Shown: piece after piece, positions 28,499 through 32,000 of the stretch
Layout: every line of letters begins with the position of its first letter
How positions within the stretch are numbered: position 1 is the stretch's first letter
DNA from: Aciduliprofundum boonei T469
GTDB taxonomy: Archaea > Thermoplasmatota > Thermoplasmata > Thermoplasmatales > Aciduliprofundaceae
DNA length: 32,000 nt
Assembly: GCF_000025665.1 (NCBI RefSeq)
Contig: NC_013926.1
Span: 60,001-92,000, forward strand
Reading direction: 5' to 3'
Position numbers and translations under genes: made by a program
The notes under the pieces: generated by a model
Seen by the model: only the letters and a program-made list of their open reading frames with translations
Database searches by the model: none
What the model was told of the DNA's origin: nothing

Positions 28499-30172
28499 TT
28501 ATCTGTGGGCAAAATAACCCACCAGCTCTCCCTCTTTGTATATTTTTGTAAATCCGAATCTTTCAAACTGCACAATCTCGTTTATACTGTTTTCCACATA
28601 TTTCTCCGCATATCCCTCCAAACTCTTGCCATCAGGCATGTAAACCTTGCAAGGCAGGGAATCCTCTGGTACCCAATGCACAATCTTTGCACCTCTCTTG
28701 ACAATACTCAAATCATTGCCTGCATACTCTAAATGCTCTTCTCTCTTCACCACATTGCACAAATCTTTGAGACGAAATACCTCACCATTTTCTATCCCTT
28801 TCCAATCATCCATTGTCACGAGAATTTTTATTGGTGAGGAAAGCTTGTATTCTCTGAATCCCATATCTATGTTGGGGTGCAACGGCGCCTTTCCTTCTAT
28901 TTTCTCCACACCCCTTATCTCTACTTCCTTTGGATTCCAAACAAAAAAGTATCTCTTTGCCTTAGAATCCACAAGCTCACGGTTATAAGCATACAAAGTA
29001 TCCCAAGAGAATTCAATGTCCACTTCCTTTAACCCCACTTGAACCCAGTATTTTCTTATTGCCTCAGGCTGTATGCCTCTCTTAGCCAATGCTCTTAATG
29101 TGCCAAGACGCGGGTCATCCCATCCCATGTATTCGCCCTTCCTTATGCCCTCCTTTATGAGCGAGGTCTTTAGTATTGTATCTTTCATAGTTACCCAGCC
29201 ATAGTGAATGTAAACGGGCTTTTTCCAGCCAAAATAATCATACAAGTACATCTGCCTGTAAGTGTTGTTGAGATGGTCTTTGCCACGGAGCACATGCGTC
29301 AATTGCAATTCGTGATCATCCACAGCTACGGAGAAGTTCATAAGTGGATAAACTATGTACTTATTTCCCAAGCGAGGATGCTCAACATCCTTTATAATTC
29401 GAAAAGCGGCCCAGTCCCTTATGGCAGGATTCGGATGCTGCAGATCAGTTTTTACCACATAAACCGCTTCTCCCTCATCGTATTCGCCTGCAAGCATCTT
29501 CTCCCATCTCTCCAACTGCTCCTCAGGAGGCAATTCTCTATCTTTAGTTGGCTTACCCTCGCTCTTCAATTTCCTCCATTCCTCCGCTGGCACCGTGGTG
29601 ATATATGCCTTGCCCATCTCAAGCAATTTTTTGGCATAATCATAATAGATTTCAAATCTATCGCTCTGGATAACGATATGATGAACCTTCACACCCAGCC
29701 ATTCTAAATCCTCTGGAATCATATCATATGCCTCAGGCAATATATTGTGAGGATTTGTATCCTCGATTCTCAGAAATAGAACGCCACCATACCTTTTCAC
29801 ATACTCATCGTTCAGAATAGCCATTCTTGATTGGCCCAAATGCATTGGGCCCGAAGGACTTGGAGCAAGGCGCATTCTTACCTCGCCCTGCACATCGGGC
29901 AGATCTTCCAGCTCCTTTCTCTCCTCCTTCTTCTTCCTTTCCAAGAGCTCGGGAGCTATTTCCTCAAGCTCTTTTTTCTGCTCCTCCAAACTCAAAGAAT
30001 TTATCTCCTCCACTATTTTTTTAACCTCTTCTATTAGCTCCTTGGCACGAGAGCGCAGAGAAGGATTTTCGGCCATAATCTTACCCATAACTGCCTTATA
30101 ATTCGCCTTACCCCCGTGCAAAATTGCATTTTGCAGCGCGTACTTGAGAATGATGTCTCGCAAATCTTCCAT
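28499..30172 (-). CDS. gltX: glutamate--tRNA ligase (archaeal type, with N-terminal helical extension)
   Basis: 557 aa with class-I signatures RLAPSPSGPMHLGQSR (HIGH-like) and the catalytic core FLRIEDTNP. The N-terminal domain of about 95 aa (ALQNAILHGGKA...) is typical of archaeal GluRS. No SD is present. A TATA-like TTTATCAA lies about 27 nt upstream, so the mRNA is probably leaderless. Confidence 0.93.
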   Translation of the reverse strand: MEDLRDIILKYALQNAILHGGKANYKAVMGKIMAENPSLRSRAKELIEEVKKIVEEINSLSLEEQKKELEEIAPELLERKKKEERKELEDLPDVQGEVRMRLAPSPSGPMHLGQSRMAILNDEYVKRYGGVLFLRIEDTNPHNILPEAYDMIPEDLEWLGVKVHHIVIQSDRFEIYYDYAKKLLEMGKAYITTVPAEEWRKLKSEGKPTKDRELPPEEQLERWEKMLAGEYDEGEAVYVVKTDLQHPNPAIRDWAAFRIIKDVEHPRLGNKYIVYPLMNFSVAVDDHELQLTHVLRGKDHLNNTYRQMYLYDYFGWKKPVYIHYGWVTMKDTILKTSLIKEGIRKGEYMGWDDPRLGTLRALAKRGIQPEAIRKYWVQVGLKEVDIEFSWDTLYAYNRELVDSKAKRYFFVWNPKEVEIRGVEKIEGKAPLHPNIDMGFREYKLSSPIKILVTMDDWKGIENGEVFRLKDLCNVVKREEHLEYAGNDLSIVKRGAKIVHWVPEDSLPCKVYMPDGKSLEGYAEKYVENSINEIVQFERFGFTKIYKEGELVGYFAHR

Positions 30173-30210
30173 AAGCGGGGATAAGCAGCTGTGTTGATAA
30201 AGTTTTTCGG

Positions 30211-31023
30211 CTATATCAATTGAGCGAGTTTCTTTATGTCTTTATTTGCCACATGAGTATAAATCTGTGTAGTTTTGAGATGCTTGTGCCCTAAAAGCTG
30301 CTGAATATACCTTATATCCGCGCCTCCTTCAAGCAGATGAGTGGCAAAGGAGTGCCGCAGGGTGTGGGGAGTTACATTTTTGTTTATTTTTGCTCTTCTA
30401 GCAGCGTTTTTCACTATTAATTGAATAGATTTGGGAGAGTATTTCTTTCCTCTTTGCGACATGAAAACGTATCCCTTTGATTTCCTCCCGTAAATCTCAA
30501 GCGTGTTCTTTAAATTTGGATGCAGGAAAACCACCCTTTCTTTATCTCCCTTTGCGACCTTTATGTGAATTATTTCCCTTTCAAACTCAACATCTTCCCA
30601 GCGGATGTTTCGCACCTCTTGCAATCTCATTCCAGCATAATAAAGAAACATCAGAACAAGGCGATGCTTAATATTATGAGTTCCATAGATCATTCTCTTC
30701 ACCTCATCCCGAGATAGTACCACGGGCAATTTTTCCTTCTTCTTGGCGAGGGGTATCTCTTCATTAAATCTCTCGTGGAGCACATTGCGATAGAAGAATT
30801 TCAATGCGAAATATGCCTGTCTAATTGTGGATTTGCTCTTATCTGAATAATACTTAAGAAGAAACTCTCTCGGCGTGAGTTCGGAGCGAAGATAGTTTTT
30901 AACAACATAAATGTATGCTTTTCCTGTCCGATATGAGTATTTGCGGAGCTTTATCTCCTCTATAAGCTTACCGATCAACTCGTATCGCCCTTTCGGGGTA
31001 ATGTTTTTATTATCAAATGGCAT
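30211..31023 (-). CDS. xerA: tyrosine recombinase, XerA/XerC/XerD-like (phage-integrase family)
   Basis: 270 aa with an N-terminal SAM-like core-binding domain. The catalytic motifs are AGMRLQE (Arg), [15 protein letters not shown] (H-x-x-R) and [15 protein letters not shown] (His and the Tyr nucleophile). Confidence 0.8.
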   Translation of the reverse strand: MPFDNKNITPKGRYELIGKLIEEIKLRKYSYRTGKAYIYVVKNYLRSELTPREFLLKYYSDKSKSTIRQAYFALKFFYRNVLHERFNEEIPLAKKKEKLPVVLSRDEVKRMIYGTHNIKHRLVLMFLYYAGMRLQEVRNIRWEDVEFEREIIHIKVAKGDKERVVFLHPNLKNTLEIYGRKSKGYVFMSQRGKKYSPKSIQLIVKNAARRAKINKNVTPHTLRHSFATHLLEGGADIRYIQQLLGHKHLKTTQIYTHVANKDIKKLAQLI

Positions 31024-31059
31024 ATTCTATGTAATGAGTTATGGGGTAATAAAACTTCC

Positions 31060-31114
31060 GAATAACTCGCAAAACAGATGGATTATGCGCATTTCGCATA
31101 ATCCTAAGTTATTC
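31060..31114. repeat. compound inverted repeat: outer GAATAACT/AGTTATTC arms enclosing a perfect 10-bp hairpin GGATTATGCG-CATTT-CGCATAATCC
   Basis: Read directly from the sequence. The inner arms are 31080-31089 and 31095-31104, and the outer arms are 31060-31067 and 31107-31114. On the minus strand the inner hairpin lies 56 nt after the NOG1 stop and is followed by ATCTGTTTTG. It sits just upstream of the xerA TATA-like region. Confidence 0.6.
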
Positions 31115-31159
31115 TTGAAATGTTTCCGATTCAAAAATATATTTAAAGCACAACAATAA

Positions 31160-32000
31160 TCACAACTCCATCCTCGCAATAACCTCACCCATCAACTTCT
31201 CCAACCCTTCTCCCGTCTTCGCAGAAATCTTGATGCGCTGGGAATCGGTGCAGAGCAAATCTACCTTGTTCTCTACCTCCAAAATCGGAATGTCGAAATC
31301 CTTCTTTATCTCTTTTAGAAGTTTGAGTTGCTCATCCATGCTGTACCCGCATGTCTCCGAAGGATCAAGGAGAAAAACTATAACATCTGCCAGATATTTT
31401 AATGCAAGAATTGCCTCCTTCTCTATCCTGTTTCTCTTTTCCAAAGGTCTGTCTAAAAGGCCTGGCGTGTCTACTATCTGCACTCTTCTGCCCCGAATCT
31501 CCATATGTCCAACCACGATTCCTTTTGTGGTGAATGGATAGGATGCTATCTCTGGCTTGGCAGTGCTCATCTTTGATACCAATTCTGATTTCCCAACATT
31601 AGGATAGCCAGCAATAACCACTGTAGGCAATTCAGGATTGATATCCGGCAATTTTCTTATTATATCGCGAACTTGTCCCAAATATCTCAGTTTGGGTGCA
31701 ATCTGCTTGAGAATTGAGGAGGTTCGTCCATAGAACTCTTTGCGGAACTTTATGGCCTCTTCCACCTTTCCAACTCCCTTGATTTTGCGGGCGTATTTAT
31801 CGGCGAAACCGCTTATTTTCTCCATTGCCCAAACCAAGGAGGCAAGTGCCTTCTTATACTCATCCTTATCCACAAGCAAATCCAGGAGGGTACGATAGAA
31901 TGGATGAAGTTTGTTAATGTAAGGAAAGGAATCCACATACTTCTTAAGCGTGCTCACGGCCACATCTCTCGCAGTGTAAATCTTTGCAATGCTGAGATTC
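31160..32000 (-). CDS. NOG1-family GTP-binding protein (5' end outside window)
   Basis: G motifs are GYPNVGKS, DTPG and NKVD, with the NOG1 N-terminal helical region. The reading frame stays open upstream of the track start (the GTG at 31963 is preceded in frame by ...NLSIAKIYTARD) to the window edge. The gene is therefore truncated by the window. Confidence 0.85.
   Translation of the reverse strand, partial: NLSIAKIYTARDVAVSTLKKYVDSFPYINKLHPFYRTLLDLLVDKDEYKKALASLVWAMEKISGFADKYARKIKGVGKVEEAIKFRKEFYGRTSSILKQIAPKLRYLGQVRDIIRKLPDINPELPTVVIAGYPNVGKSELVSKMSTAKPEIASYPFTTKGIVVGHMEIRGRRVQIVDTPGLLDRPLEKRNRIEKEAILALKYLADVIVFLLDPSETCGYSMDEQLKLLKEIKKDFDIPILEVENKVDLLCTDSQRIKISAKTGEGLEKLMGEVIARMEL

Noticed and set aside
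29880-30010. Low-complexity K/E-rich stretch (EEQKKELEEIAPELLERKKKEERKELEDL) in gltX, considered as an insertion or repeat
   Set aside because: It is the linker between the appended N-terminal helical domain and the catalytic core that archaeal GluRS commonly has. The reading frame is intact and there is no nucleotide-level tandem repeat.
31080-31104. Reading the perfect hairpin as a bona fide dif site
   Set aside because: Arm orientation is reversed relative to known dif sites, where the CATAA ends face the central spacer. The spacer is 5 nt. The arms are perfectly symmetric, whereas dif arms usually differ. It is kept as an open question in the findings, not as a call.
30173-31159. The recombinase as the edge of an integrated mobile element
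   Set aside because: There is no tRNA target, no flanking direct repeats that I could find between 30173-30210 and 31024-31159, and no cargo genes. Both neighbours are conserved housekeeping genes.

Overview
Compact, AT-rich archaeal chromosome segment, about 96% coding by my gene calls (roughly 1.3 kb of intergenic DNA in 32 kb). I call 35 protein genes. I found no rRNA, tRNA, CRISPR array, transposase or obvious prophage. The archaeal str cluster (S12-S7-aEF-2-aEF-1alpha-S10), L10e, archaeal GluRS, a DacZ-type diadenylate cyclase, a NOG1-type GTPase and a XerA-like recombinase indicate a euryarchaeon. From memory, the aEF-2 N-terminus looks Thermoplasmata-like, while a 9.6-kb same-strand redox island copies Thermococcales gene order: sulfhydrogenase hydBGDA, NfnAB/SudBA and a four-subunit L-proline dehydrogenase. 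A DHVE2/Aciduliprofundum-like organism is therefore a tentative guess that I cannot verify here. Most of the window is ordinary housekeeping. The less-described candidates are: (1) a winged-helix regulator translationally coupled to a B12-like/radical-SAM enzyme of unknown function, with a perfect 18-bp palindrome over its predicted promoter; (2) a low-GC, sequon-rich, membrane-anchored protein with a GxSAGA nucleophile elbow, followed by an orphan cytoplasmic molybdopterin oxidoreductase; (3) a soluble DUF835 protein downstream of an RNA m5C methyltransferase; (4) a tightly packed chain IMPase-NAD kinase-JAMM-translin-DacZ; (5) a 55-bp compound inverted repeat between the NOG1 GTPase and the recombinase gene. 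Three convergent gene pairs share a TTAA overlapping stop. I see no compelling evidence for a defence island or a mobile element. All functional calls rest on motifs read by eye and on remembered family signatures, not on database searches.
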